A stretch of DNA of 64,000 bases. Origin: the human T2T-CHM13v2.0 reference genome, Homo sapiens. A program made the translations under genes and the position numbers. The notes beneath the pieces are model-generated. The model searched no databases, was not told where the DNA came from, and saw only the letters and a program-made list of their open reading frames with translations. Where the stretch lies: assembly GCF_009914755.1 (NCBI RefSeq), contig NC_060938.1. One strand, given 5' to 3'. Of the stretch, positions 35,150 to 49,769 are shown piece by piece; the first letter of the stretch is position 1; each line of letters begins with the position of its first letter.

Positions 35150-36200
35150 ACTAACATCTTCAAATTTTCAATTGACTAATTTTGACTTATCCATCCTTTG
35201 AAATATCTTGTGCATCTCGTCTTTTCTATTCCCAAAGCTTCCATCTTCTTTCAAATATTTTCAACTATTTTTCAACTCATTCCATTTTTTCCTGTCTTCA
35301 CTTCCTGTCACTTTTAATTTGTTCTACACATGACCTTTAAAACTAACTTTCTAAAATGCCAATTACATACTATTGTTCCCATGATAAAAAAATCAAATAA
35401 CTACTTATGACATCAAGATTAAATCCTTGCTCAACAGCATGGCATTCAAGTTATCAGCCATTTTTATTTAATATTTAAAAGGATCCAAATTCTACCTTTT
35501 GGTGTATAACAATCTAATTTTTTATTCCATCTAGATCAGTTTATTCTCTCTCATCTAGTTATGTAATACTCATTCCTTTTTCCAAAACGTTGCCTATGCT
35601 TTCTCCCTTACCATCTCTTCTGAGTCCAAAGAAATATATAATTCCCCCTTCAAAATTCAGTTTGACTCTTCACTCCCTCTATAACCATTTTTGGATCATG
35701 ATATATTTTTTTCTATTGGTGTTTCTCTAAATATATTGTCTGAGACATTTATTTCTATTAGTTAATGTTATCTTTTTACTGATTATATTATATTTCAAAG
35801 TAGGTTGTCCTCTATCAAAAAGCAAAAATGTAACCAGGTCTCATCATACTAACACAACCACTGACAACAGTAATAACAACTGCAATTTTTGTGAGTATAT
35901 ATTCTGAGTCAGGCAATGTGATAAGCACTTTGTTTCTGTCATTTCCTTTAATCTTCAAAATCATTGCAAGCTAGCCTTTATTCTATTTGACTCACGAGAA
36001 CATAAAGGCTTTTAGATGTTGAATAGCTTTTTCGAGGATGCTACAGTAATATATGGCATAGCCAGGATTAAAACATAATTCTGTTTGATAAAAGGAAAGA
36101 AAAAAATAAAAGAAAAAAAACCCTTTCAATTCATAAATTGTACAATATTGCTTTGGTATTCACTTCAGCACCCAGGACAGTGCCACCAAAAAGGGAAACC
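35150..36200 (+). mobile_element. L2 remnant interrupted by a minus-strand MIR (~35860-36150)
   Basis: 'tttctaaaatgcca...atcaagattaaatccttgctcaacagcatggcattcaag'; L2-like tail 'cagcacccaggacagtgcc' resumes after the MIR. Confidence 0.55.
36164..36184 (+). promoter_or_regulatory. REST/NRSF RE1 silencer element in L2-like context
   Basis: TTCAGCACCCAGGACAGTGCC matches the canonical 21-bp RE1. Confidence 0.7.
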
Positions 36201-37943
36201 CCCAAACCGAGTTTTTGAAATCCTGCCTCAAAGAGAGAAATATGGGTCACAATAAGGCATCAGAGTAAAATATCTCCAGGATTCTTTAAAATTCAATTCC
36301 AGTTAGATGGGAAACTGTCATTGGAGTCAAGTAAAAATCCTTCCTAGTGTCAGTTATGCTCTGATAGGGAATTGTCCTGCATCAGTGTTAAAAAGCTTTG
36401 TGAGTAGGGATGCCTGAGGGTAGGTGCTTGGAGAAGGCTGTGTGGAGGACAGAATTTAGATTTTTCTTATCTAAGTCAGAAGAAGTATGCTAAATATTGT
36501 CTAATGCTTCTCCTAGCTAAAGTACTAATGAGGCCAGAAGTAGCAATATTTCTGTGGAATAAATAGCAGAATTATTTTGGGGTCCCTCCTTCATTCCTCT
36601 GGGAATAAACACTTGCAGAGACAACAAACCATTCACTACATAGTCATTGGTAAACTTTTCTAAGGGAAGAGTAAGCCCTTTGTAAGCTCCTTGATCTGCA
36701 AAGATGTTTTCCTTTGATGTTTGGAATACTGAAGACCTATTTGATGATGATTTATTTGCTGATTTTTAAGTTTGATTATTTTCTCTAGTCTCCCCTTTTT
36801 TGATTATTATCAGCTTCTATTTTTTTTTTACCTACAGTGCCTTTGGCTATTATAAATACATATCACAAATATCCAATAATTATAGAAAAAACATAAGAGT
36901 TTCACTAGTGATCATAAATATGAGAAAAGGCATTTTGAAAGCTCCAGGTTTGTCTTCCTACTTATAGCTCCTTCCCTTTTTTCTAAGCCCTTAATTTAAA
37001 TCAATGAGTAATTGCAGCTACACTTTGTACTGGAGTTCCTTAATATTCTGCTAGACAGTTTTGCTATCTCTCTGAGTCAGACATTTTCTGGTTATAATCT
37101 ACTTGTATCAGATTGTTGACTAAGAAAACAAGAGCTTAAAGAGTGATTGAACAATTCAAAACAAAGAAACAAGGAGGCCTAGGGAAACTTGAGTTGATTC
37201 TTAAAAAAAGAAAAGAAAAGAAATAAAATAAATGATTTCCCTCAAGAATGTGATTCATTTAATATTCAGAACAGATCATTAATTGAGAGGTGTAATATCC
37301 ATTGAATATTTTTCAACTGAAATTTAAAAGAAATCTGTTTTTAAAATTTACTGTAAATTAGTATGTGTGTGTGACCTATCACTTCTACATCGTTCCTTTT
37401 ACATAGGCAAAATAAGAAGTTTAGGTTACCAGTTGAGAAGGTAAATAAATTGGTTGTAAAAATTTAGAGATAAGAAAGTGATCTGGGTAGTCTTGGGCAA
37501 CAAATCTGAAACATAGAGAATTTCACGGAAATTAGAATTATTCAAATAATATGCCTCTTACATTTTTATACTGTTTAATTAATTGCTGCAAAATTCTTAT
37601 GGTGAAGAAACAAATCTATTTTGAATTTAATTAGGCTTCAAATCATAGAAATGACTTTGACAGCTTTGGAGGACACAGCAGGATTTTTCTATGCTTATTA
37701 ATTAGATAATATTAGTGAAACACTCTAAAGATGAACAGTGTTATATAAACAGTACCCTTATTATTTGGGAGCATTAAACATGAGTTGATGTACACATATA
37801 GAACGGATAAATCTTTCTTAATGAGCTGAATTTCCCCACTTTATATGTACCTTGTTTTTGAAACCCTTGTTGAATTTTGAGTTGTAATTTTTTAAAGAAC
37901 TATACAAATATGAGTATTATTAGAACATTATTACACTCTAGAA

Positions 37944-38183
37944 GAGTGGCCCCCAACCTTTTTGGCACCAGGGACCAGTTTCTTGGAAGACAATTTTTCC
38001 ATAGATTGAGAGGGTGGACTGTGGGGTGGGGGCAGGGAATGGTTTCAGGATGAAACGGTTTCACCTCAGATCATCAGGCATTAGATTCGCATAAGTAGCA
38101 CACAATCTAGATCCCTCGAATGTGCAGTTCACAATAGAGTTCACCAGACTGGTACAGCCCAGCCCAGGGATTGAAGACTTCTG
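37944..38183 (+). mobile_element. MER1B hAT MITE, internally deleted
   Basis: 'ccccaacctttttggcaccagggaccagtttcttggaagacaatttttcc...cacctcagatcatcaggcattagattc'. Confidence 0.85.
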
Positions 38184-38989
38184 GTAGAAGATGTATGCAT
38201 TCTGTGAAATAAAATATATTGCAATATTTTGGTAATTTTTATTTATAATTTTAGAATTATCTTCACTAGTTTTATTTTATCACACATTAACGATCTCTAC
38301 ATCAATACATTTCCCTTAATTTGAAAACTAAAGTAGTACAAAGGAGAGTAATAGCAACTTAATTATCTACTTTAGTAAGAAACAGTCAGATACCTAACTG
38401 TGGTGAGATAATTTTATATTACTTTGAATGAAGGGGTTTAAACTTTTCTCTGTGTGAGCAGCATACAAAATGGGAAGTATGTTTGCTATGTAAGTATGTA
38501 TAACTAAAAGTTTGGAAGTATTTACATATTAGAAATGTAAAATTTCATACTTCCTTCATTTTAAACATTTTTAATTTAAAAATTTTATAGCAACTGTTAG
38601 AGAAATTTTCCGTTGACATAAAATAAACCTTCAGTTTGATAATGAGCTTTATTTTTAATAAGATATTATACTGCATATTATTTATTGTATTTGTTTTATG
38701 ATGCATTAACTTACTAAAAGACACCCGTATTAATAACATTTAACTCTAATAATACATTTCTCTCTAATCAAATAATTTACTTCATTAAAAAAATAAAATC
38801 CACACATGTAGAAGGTCGAAAAGTGAAGTGGAACATTTATTAAATAGTGTATATAGTCCATTCTTATAATTGTCTATTCATTCAGCATTTATTGATTACC
38901 TGTTTGTTACTAATTTGAAGAAGAAGGGGGGTTATTATAAAAGTTTGCTTCTTAATTGGTGACATTTATTTCTGTCCCTAAATTCACCA

Positions 38990-39075
38990 ATCTATCATCT
39001 ATCTGTCTATCACCAATCTATCTATCATCTATCTATCTATCTATCTATCTGTCTATCAGTCGTCTATCTAACTGT
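38990..39075. repeat. (TCTA)n compound microsatellite
   Basis: Direct observation. Confidence 0.9.
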
Positions 39076-39493
39076 CTACGGAGTGTGATTTCCTACTTTT
39101 TTGTTGTTTCTCTGATGTAACATTGACCAATACAAGTTTGTTATACTATTCCACTGTAAGTATCACCAAAATATTCATAAATGATTCATAAGGCCTCATA
39201 ACTTTCTTGTGAAGGAGTGTGTATTAACTATACATTTATGTTGCTTTCACATGGTGAAGTCTTGATATCCATGGAAAGACAGCCCCTCCTAGGGGTAGGC
39301 AATTCCTAGAGATATGAAAGGGCTCACATGGAAGAGTGTCTTTTATTTAATCCAGAGGGTATACCACTAAACCCTTCCTCTGTCAGATTCTCACACTCAG
39401 AGCCACTATTTCCCTGTCCAAATCACCCCAGGTCTAGCATCATAGTCCATTTGTGCTGCTACAACAAAACCTGAGACTGGGAAACTTACAAAT

Positions 39494-39605
39494 TATTTTA
39501 TTTCCTTTTACAAAACATTTAAAAATAGCGATGGAGTCCCGAGTGATCTTCCTGTCTTGGCCTCTCAAAGTTCTGGGATTACAGGTGTGAGCCACTATGC
39601 CTGGC
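39494..39605 (-). mobile_element. FLAM/Alu left-monomer fragment with TSD
   Basis: Flanked by tgagactgggaaactta / tgagactgggtaattta. Confidence 0.7.
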
Positions 39606-39749
39606 TGAGACTGGGTAATTTATAAAGGACAGAAATTTATTTCTCAAAATTCTGGAGGCTGGGAAGTCCAAGATCAAAGTGCCAGCAGGTTCAGTTGTCT
39701 GGGGAGTTTCCAGTCTCGACTTTCATGATGCTTCAAGATTAATTCATTC

Positions 39750-40165
<416 letters not shown>

Positions 40166-40515
40166 TCACAAAGGTTCCACCCTAATGACCTAGTCAACTC
40201 GTAAAGGCTCCGCCTCTTAGTACTATCACCTTGGCAACATCTGAGTTTTAGAGGGAATACATTCAAGCCATGGCAGCCAGGTATCATACAACTGGGGACA
40301 GCCCCTGTGCCCTAGAGCCTGCTGAAATTATTCAAACCTGTCAAACCAGCCAATCCTAAACCTGCTTACCCTGCCTCACACTATTTTTCCTCAAAGAAAC
40401 CACAATAAAGGCTCTTGCCCACTTTTTTTCCTCAGCTTTCCCTATCTCCTGACACTGATGCTTCTCCATGTGAATCCCCATGGTATGGTGTGCCCCGTCT
40501 ACTTGGGACTTGTGA

Positions 40516-40890
<375 letters not shown>

Positions 40891-41549
40891 TAATAATATC
40901 ACTCACATGTTAAAACAGAGGAAAACATTCTATTAATTTAAAGATACACTATAGAAAAATACTGTAATATTTTAGTGCTATAGATTGTGAATTTATTTTG
41001 CTTTTAGAGTGTTTAAATTGTTTGTCATACATTTGCATATTATTCTTTTATTTGTTTTAAATCCAATGCATGCCTTTCTAGTTATTTTTTAAACTCCCAG
41101 TGTTAACTTTATAGTAATAAAAAAAGACTGTGAAATATATTTCTTGGTTCTTAATTACTACTTAGCTGATTTTATATTTGGGGACTATTTCTAGATTGTC
41201 AAACAACATGTGAAAAATTCTCTAGAACTTTTTTTCTTTTTGATAGTGTATAGGCAATCTTCACTGGAACAGAGTTCTCTCATCTTCACAAACAACATAT
41301 ATTTTTTCCAAATGCACACCCACATACATTAGGCATACCTGAATCTTTGTTGCTGCATTGGATACTAGACAAAAATATGAAATTCTATTTTACTTACCTG
41401 GTAGGTATTTATATATAACCTAAACTGCAAAAAAGGACTTTATCTATGTATATGCTACCAACCTGAGCATCTGAAAATTGGGATCAGTAATTATTCTTAT
41501 TTTCAATGCTGTTTGCATGTTTGTTTTTATATGCTAATTCTAGCTTGAC

Positions 41550-42627
41550 TGTCATCTTAGTCCACTCATTGTTGCTGTAACAGAATACCTGAGACTGGTG
41601 AGACTGGGTCATTTATAATGAACAGAAATTTATTAGCTCACAGTTTAGGAGGCTGGGAAGCCCAAGATTGAGAGGCCAGCAGCTTGCAAGTGCCTTCTTG
41701 CAGTGTCAGCTAATGGTAGAAGGCAGAAGGGCAAGAGAGGGTGTGAGAGAGAGAGAGAGACAAAAGGGGGCTAAACTCATTCATTTGTAAGGAACTCATT
41801 CCCACAATATAGACCCACTCCTGTGTAACAACATTCATTCATTCATGGGGACAGAACCCTCATGGTCTAATCTCCTCTCAGTAAGCCCCACCTCCCAAGG
41901 CTGTTGCATTGGAGATACATGTTTCTAACACATGCTTTGGAGGACACACTCAAACCACAGCATTCATCTCCTGGCTCTCCAAATTTATGTTCTTCTCACA
42001 TTCAAACTACATTAATTCCATTCCAGTATCCCCAAAGTCTTAACTTGTCTATATATCATGTGGCTGGGACTCAAGGTATGATTCATCCTATGGCAAATTA
42101 CTCTCTAGCCATGAGCCTTTGAAATCAAACAAGTCATTTACTTCTGAAATATGAGAATAGGACAGACACAGAATAGATATTTCCATTCCAAAAGGAAGAA
42201 ATGGGCAAAAAAAGAGGGGTATCTGCTCCACATGAGTCCAAAACCCAACAGAGCAAACAAAATTAAATCTTAAAGCTGGAGAATAATCTTTTTTTGACCC
42301 TTCTTTTGCCTTCTGAGTACACCAGAGGTGGGGGTTGGACCCTCAATGCCACAGGCAGCCTGAACCCTATGTTTGTGTGCTCATGGGTTGTTGAGCCCTC
42401 ATGTGCTGGCAGCACTCCCAAGCTGGGGCTCCATGCTGGCAGCTCTGAGGTCTTGGGGGTGGCCCCGCTCCTGTGGCTCCACTAAGCATTGAACTCTGGT
42501 GGCTCCACCTCTGTAGCAGATTTCTGTCTGGGCTCCCGGGGTGTTCACAACATCCTTTGAAATTGAGGTGGAGGCTGCCATGGCCTCACAGCTTGTGTAC
42601 TCTGTGAGTCTGTGGAGTTAGCACCAT
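41550..42627 (-). mobile_element. MST-type MaLR 3' LTR (41550-41962) plus truncated internal region
   Basis: LTR 'cttagtccactcattgttgctgtaacagaatacctgagactgg...caaaccacagca' followed by MaLR-int 'ccaaatttatgttcttctcacattc...ttccattccaaaaggaagaaat'. Confidence 0.85.
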
Positions 42628-43017
42628 TGCTTTGTGTGGCAGTGTTTTTTCAATTATCTTTTTAAGGTTGTAATGTCTTTCCTTTTGAAATGAGTAGAAA
42701 ATTGAAAGTACTACAAAGATGGAAATATTAAGCATATTAAAAGTGAAACTTTTAATCCATTTGAATATTCATTATATTTAATTCAATTGTAAATCAAAAT
42801 AAAAAGCTAAACTATATAATCCTAAAAATCTATAATTGAAAACAGCCTTTGAAAGGTGAAGCTTAGTGATGAATTTATAGAAGAAGTTATTAAACTGTGG
42901 TTTGAGTAATAATTAGTAACGTTATTGCTAAAAATTTTGAATGTTTCTTTGCCCAAGCATAGAGCTAAGGGTTATAAATAGATTATATAATTTGATTCCC
43001 ACAACAACCGCATGAAA

Positions 43018-43522
43018 TGTGTCCCTAGAATTTTGAAGGATTTGAGATTTTACTCTACTTGCTAACTAACAGGTTATCGTGATACAGAGTCCAGGTTACA
43101 AGCAGAAGTTATAAGACTCTTGGGTCAAAGACAGAGAACTACATATTCGAGAAACAGCAGAAGCCAGAGCATCAGCATTTGAGCCAGTTGCCAAAGTCCA
43201 AATTCCCCCAGGGCAATGCAGTGAGGGCCAGGCAACTCCTGGGCTGAAGAAGGAAAAAAATCCCGAGTTTAGGTAGTCCAGTGTTTTAAAGGGGCTATAA
43301 AAGGAAGCCTGCCAAATTTTTGCCCTGGAGGGAGACATTATTACTATTATTCTGGACAGCAAAACGTAGTGTTTCTACTCCAGCACTATCTCTGTTTTCC
43401 AAGATTGTTTGCTATGCAAATATTGTTGAAAAGACAGTCTAAAATAATATATTGTCCGGACTCTTATTCATGTTATAATATATGCAGAAATACGAAGGAC
43501 CCATGAGAAATTTTCTTCTAAT
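43018..43522 (-). mobile_element. ERV solo LTR (MER76/77/89-like) inserted in a MIR
   Basis: 'tgagattttactctacttgctaactaacagg...gactcttgggtcaaagacagag...gccctggagggagacatta'. Confidence 0.55.
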
Positions 43523-44129
43523 GATATATGTTCTATTATTTCCAGTTTAAACATTGGGACACTGAGACTTTGAGAGCTTAGATTACTTAATTATGGTCAC
43601 AGAAATTTGCATCAAAACTTTATTCTAGGGATCTAAATGCAAAGGAAAGTTCATAGTTTCACATTGGTATTAATAGGATTATAACCCACCAGAGAATCCT
43701 TTGTTTAGAGAATATTTCCATTCATAATCATCTGATTACATTTTGTTACCTATGGACTATTCAGAAAAATGAATCAGCCTCACAATTCCAGACTTAATCC
43801 ATGCTTAATCCAAGGCTTTGCTATGTTTTCAGTCATAGTGCCTTCTTCCCAATATTGGAACAAATTTCTTCCTTGCACTCAAGGTCACTGTAGTTAAGCT
43901 AAAATTCTAACTTTCTAAAATACTTAAAATTTATTTGTGTGGTCTGTAGCAAATAGAAATCCATGTTGTTAACCTTTGAAATAATTCTAAAGATTGGATA
44001 ACATAAAGTAAAATAGTAGCAACAACATCAGCCAGCCTGCATTGTTTCAATAGTTTTCTGAAAATGAAATCTTCACTTGATACATACAAGCTTCTCGTTT
44101 CTGCTTTTGGAAATTCAACTATCAAGTAC

Positions 44130-44491
44130 TGATACGGTTTGGCTTTGTGTCCCCACGCAAATCTCATCTCAAATTGTAATCCCCACATGTCAGGGGAGGG
44201 ACCTGATAAGAGGTGATTGGATCATGAGAAGGCTTCCCCCGTGCTGTTCTCCTGATAGTGAGTTCTCAGGATAGTTAGTTAATGGTTTTAAAAGTGTTTG
44301 GCAGTTCTCCCTTGGCTCTCTCCTGCTGCCTAGTGAGGAAGATGCCTGCTTTCCCTTCGCCTTCTGCTGTGATTGTAAGTTTCCTGAGGACTTCCCAGCC
44401 ATGAAAAACTAAGTCAATTAAACGTCTTTTATTTATAAATTACCCAGTCTCACATAGTATCTCTATAGCAGTGTGAAAACAGATGAACATA
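44130..44491 (+). mobile_element. THE1D-like MaLR solo LTR
   Basis: 'tgatacggtttggctttgtgtcccc...gattgtaagtttcctgagg...ataaattacccagtctc'; TSD agtac / agtat. Confidence 0.9.
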
Positions 44492-46770
44492 AGTATCATT
44501 TCAAAAATGCCCAGTGTACTAAAGTAATAGACTTTCTCTATGTAAGCATCAGTGTGGGGCTATTCAGGAAGATCATCAATACCTCACTTCCTATTAGTTG
44601 GGAAAGCCACAGTGGGAGTGTACCTTGGTGGTGGGAGAGAAGGGGTTACCTTAGGAACAGAACACAGAGTCTGCAGTCCCTGAGTGGGACTGTGTGAGTT
44701 AAGTGGAGTAGGTGGATGCGTAAACAGAGGAAAGGAAGAAAACTTCCTTTCTTTACTGGTTTATCTATGCTGCTTACGTAAATCATGCTTGGGATTTAAT
44801 TTTTGCTCTAAACTACATACTTACTGTGACATAAGAATACTGAGGAAACTTAACCCTTTCAAGGGAAAAATAGCCATTAAATCTGTTTAAATGTTACTTT
44901 GAATGATCTCAAGTTGGTTCATGGGCTGTATACTGTGTTTGTAGAATTGGTTTCTGGGTTTAGTTTCTTTTCAATGGCATATTTTCCCCCTTTCAAGATT
45001 CTATTCTGATTCTCTAGTGAGACAGCAGGTATGTAACATATTCTTGTGAAATGGTACTAGATTACAGAGTAACCTCCAAGGTGTGTATGTGATCTTGGGG
45101 GAATTTTTCACCTATACTAATGTATTTAATGTATGTTCATCTATTTTATTCCTATAAATAATTTATAATTGGTATAATGTACTGTAACTGCAATAAATAT
45201 GTACATACATGAAGAGAAAGTGCGTTATTTTTTTCACTCAAACACAAACAGAAGCATCTACCAACAAGAATTCTCTATCAGTTCCCCATGAGCCTAAACA
45301 GCACATGCTCCCTTTTATACTGGGTATATGTAAATTGGATTAAATTCTGTACTAAGTTTTATACTGTTTTGGAGATTTCTTGAACATAATTAAGCAGTCA
45401 TGTCTTTGCAATTGTAAATGATGTTTCTGTGCCACAGAATAAAATATCAGCAAACAATTCAGTCATCTGATCAGCTGCCCATAAATTGTGAAAGCTCTGT
45501 ACCAAATCAGACTTATTCGTAAATCCTATTCATTTCTCACCTGTATAAAGAGCCTGAATAAAATTTTCTCCAATTTCTATAATGTAGTTCAGAGAAGTGC
45601 TTCTATTTTCAGATAATGTAAAATCCAGCAACTGAGTTACAGTACACTGTACCAGTTGTCCATTCTTTATAAGAATAAAATAGATGAGCATACACTAGAT
45701 ACAACCCTACCTCATAAGTGTATAACTACATAAATTGCATACAATTTTGGTAACTTCATGGAAGTATAGGAGAGCTAATACTATGAGACCCAGGTCCTTT
45801 TTACTTCATAAAATGTCTCTATCTCTGTGTGGTATTTAAAAGAAGGAAGATATAAAATGTTTGGATGTTTCATACTGAGAATCAGTGATGATTGTTATCC
45901 TCTTTCCATTTCCAAGGGTGAAGGACATTATCTTGAGAGCATTAGTAGACTTCAGCTGTGAAGAAACAGCCTTCCGAGGCTTGGAAATGATATTGGGGAA
46001 GGTATAGGACCAAATCATGCAGGAGACATTGAGGGAAAGAATCAGTAAAAAAAAATGTTACATAATTAGAGTTGGTGAATGAAGCAGATTTGGAGCTTGA
46101 CATAGATAGAATATGACGAGAAAATAGCAGTCTTTAAAAATCATAGACATAGATGGGAATGCTTACTCTGACACATGGCAGAGGAAGGCTAAGCAAATCC
46201 TGGCACTCACTCTGAAAAACATGTATGCATATGTTAAATGGTAACAAAAGGAGCCCCCTCTGTTTTTCACCCAGCTGCAGTGGTTTGTCATTTTCAATAA
46301 AAACTTAATGCCTCTCCCTGAGAATGAATGCGTATCCTGGTTTTAAAGGGATAATGTACTGGGCTTATTTCCAGTGTCTGACAGATCAGCAAATACACGT
46401 AGGCACAACTGCCTATTTGCTATTTACTACTATGGTAAATGGCAAGCCATAAAATGCGATCTGTTTAAATTGCATTTTGCAAACAATCAGTACTTCGAGC
46501 CATACACTCTGTGAAACATTATTATTATTATTTATGAGGCACAGTTAAGGGTGCCTGGTGCTAGGAGAATTGTGGATTTCTTTTACATTTAATTTTGCAG
46601 AAGAAAGGGACCCAGAGATTATCTTGTTTGAGGCTTTCATTTTATGGTAGAAGAAAACTGAAATGTAGTAACTTGACCATGATCATACAGATAATTAGAG
46701 ATAAATGCCAACAACAAAAAAGTTCTGGCATCTTTTATTTTAAATTGGACAAAATATCCGAATTCCTATA

Positions 46771-46850
46771 TTAGGTTGGTACAAAAATAATTGCAGTTTT
46801 TGCCATTAGTCTTAATAGCAAAAACCATAATTACTTTTGCACCATCCCAA
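46771..46850. mobile_element. MADE1 mariner MITE (80 bp)
   Basis: 'ta|ttaggttggtacaaaaataattgcagtttttgccatta...taatagcaaaaaccataattacttttgcaccatcccaa', palindromic TIRs. Confidence 0.9.
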
Positions 46851-47399
46851 AAGTTAAAGCAATTGTTGGTGGAAGAAAGTAAAATCCTTGGTAAGAGTGA
46901 TTGCTACTCTGAATGAGCATTTTGAATGTGCCATTCAGAGGAGGAAACACACATATATATGTAATATTCATTTATATATTTGGATAACCTGCATAAAAAG
47001 CTTGAGTGAAAAGCTGAATTTGTGTATTATATATATATTATTTATATATTAGACATTATATACATGTGTATAGGTGCATGTGTATATATGTATTTCTCTC
47101 ACTGGTTATCACTGTTTTGGTATTTCAGATTGGAGAAACTTATCAATTATGAACAGGTTTTCAGGTTCATCAAGTGAAATGATTGTAGAGATATAAAGAA
47201 ATAGGAGACATAATCTCACATCTCTTATTAGGGGGGTATAATGAAGAATCTCCAAAGACTGTGAACGTAAGTGAGATGTATCTATTCTCTGGGAGTTATG
47301 CGTTAAAATACAAATATAATGGACCAAGTGAAGATTTGTGAAATTTCTTCTAAGAGGCAAAATATTTCTTAGGCTTATGATAAGCCAGAGTATAATCCT

Positions 47400-48490
47400 A
47401 TTTTAATATATTTCAGGTCAGTTGATAGCTTTGTATCTTCACTTGGGTGTCTGCCAGGCATTTCAAACTAAAAGTAAATTCTTGGTTTGTCCATGTAAAC
47501 CAGAATCTCCTTCTCTCATTTTTCCACCTTTCTGTAAAGAGCTCTGTTGGCATCCAGGCTAAGAAACCAAATTCTAGGTGTTATTTTAAATCTATTCCTG
47601 TCTATATCCTCTATCTCAAAGCCATCAGTCCATGCTGCTTACTCTTTCTCCAAAAGCCTGTCCCAAACCATTTGCTTCTCTCCATTTCTACTATTGCTAC
47701 CTTAGCCCCCTCTGGTCTTGATAAATGCAAAAATCTCCTGAGTGCATTCTATGTGAATCTTTCTGGTTGTAACTTTTTTTTTTTCTTTTTAGAGACAGAG
47801 TCTTTCTTTGTCGCCCAGTGGCATGATCTCGGCTCACTGCAACCTCCGCCTCCCAGGTTCAAGTGATTCTCCTGCCTCAGCCTCTTGAGTAGCTGGGACC
47901 ACAGGCACACACCACCAGGCCTGGCTAATTTTTGTATAGTTAGTACAGACAGGGTTTCACCATATTGGTCAGGCTGGTTTCTAACTCCTGACCTCAGGTG
48001 ATCCATCTGCCTTGGTCTCCTAGATTTCTGGGATCACAGGCGTGAGCCGCTGCACCCGGCCCCTGCTTGTAACTTAAAACTTTCCATAATTCATTGTCTA
48101 TGCACCAACACAAGTGATCTATAAATATGATCACATTATTCGCTTGATGAAAAATAACACATAGCTTCTCATTGAATTTAGCACAAAACACACAAACGAA
48201 TTCTTTTTTCTACCTTGTAAAACCCTGCAAGATCTGGTTCTACCTATTTCTTTGAACTCAATAGCAACTAACTTTCTCCTCACCCTCTAAGCACTCATTT
48301 AATGATATCCTTTATGTTCCTAAAACAAGTCAACCCTTTTCCCCACTGTAGGGCCTTTCTGTGAGCTATTCCCATCCTGGGCTTTCTCAGTCTTTGTATG
48401 GATGACTTCTAATGGTCATTTAGCTTAAATATCACTCTTCATTCAAGTCTTCCATGACCCCACATTCTGAAGTAGTCATGTAGTCCTTTC
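47400..48490 (+). mobile_element. L2 fragment split by an Alu
   Basis: 'cttcacttgggtgtctgccaggcatttcaaact...cttctctccatttctact...ttagcttaaatatcactc'. Confidence 0.7.
47776..48062 (-). mobile_element. AluS with small internal deletion
   Basis: Dimer; 'gcccag|tggc' lacks the gctggagtgcag segment; TSD ctggttgtaactt / ctgcttgtaactt. Confidence 0.9.
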
Positions 48491-49769
48491 ACTCCTGGGC
48501 TCTTTTTCTTTCCCCATGACCTCACAGGGGAAGAGCAAAGTTTCCCACTAGAGCCTGCTAATTCTTGTTTCATCTTTTTTCTCTCTCCCTCAGCGGAGGA
48601 GGAAACAAGAAAAAATATTAGTTAGTGAAAAGTGCTCTGGGTAAAATTAAAACAAGAGGAGCAAGACATGATCAAATAATTACAAGAGCAAACCCAGGGC
48701 ATGCACAATACAAATGCCAGTAAGTATTATGAAGGGAAACCATAGAGTAAGGTGGTATATGCACTTTCTCACCAGTGCTCCTACCTGTCACCTATGGAAC
48801 TACCTATACCTTTCATTGATATTGACCCAAGTGGGTTAGGGGACTGTGGGTAGCCAGGAAAGCCTAATACCTGTTTTTCACATAAATTTATAAGGTGTAT
48901 TTGCATTTTTATTAGGCTGGTGCTTTGAGCAAGCAAGGGACAGGAAACTCATTACTGATTCACTTGAGTTGTGAATTACAGCAAGCCTAAATGGCTGGGA
49001 TTTAGAGCCTGGATGTTATTAGCACACAATGTACTAGATTGCCCCAATGTCTAGACTTGAGACTACTCCCTGGTTTTATTAGTTTTTAAATAATTACTTT
49101 AGGAAATTGTAGTAAGTCTATTCAAAATCCCTTGGTAAGTAATATGATTCATGGGATGAGAAGTAGGTTGGGCATCAGAAAGAAAGAAAAGCCAAGACTT
49201 ACATGGATTGAGCATTTGCTGTATGCTAGATTGTTAGGTACTATTACTTGTTTTAGGATCCCAAACTACACTGTGGATTTCCTTTTATACTCATTGCCAT
49301 TAATTTATGTAGTTATTTGATTAATGTTTGATTCACCAATTAGATAATCAGTAAAATGAAAGTTGAATTTTTCTTTTTTTAACTTACTACTAGGCACTGG
49401 GTCTGACATATAGAAAACGCTTGAATGAAACTGTTGAATGCAAAATATGAACATATATTATTTCATCTAATCGTCTCAATAATTTCTTCAGGAAGCAATA
49501 TTTTACAGATAATATCACCACTCAGAAGTAAAAAAATTAACATTTTGTTTCATAACACTTATAAAAGTCTCTTGGACAACAAAACCCACAAAACTTTAGC
49601 TAGATAGATCTATTCAATACCTGAATAGAATTCTATTACATGAAAATATTACCATTAGCCAATAATGTTTTTCTACTGAAAATTTAGGTTTCTACATTGC
49701 CACCATTGTAAATAATTCTCTGATAAATACACGTGTATTTTTCGTGTGATTTGAAAGTCTTTTCATCTT

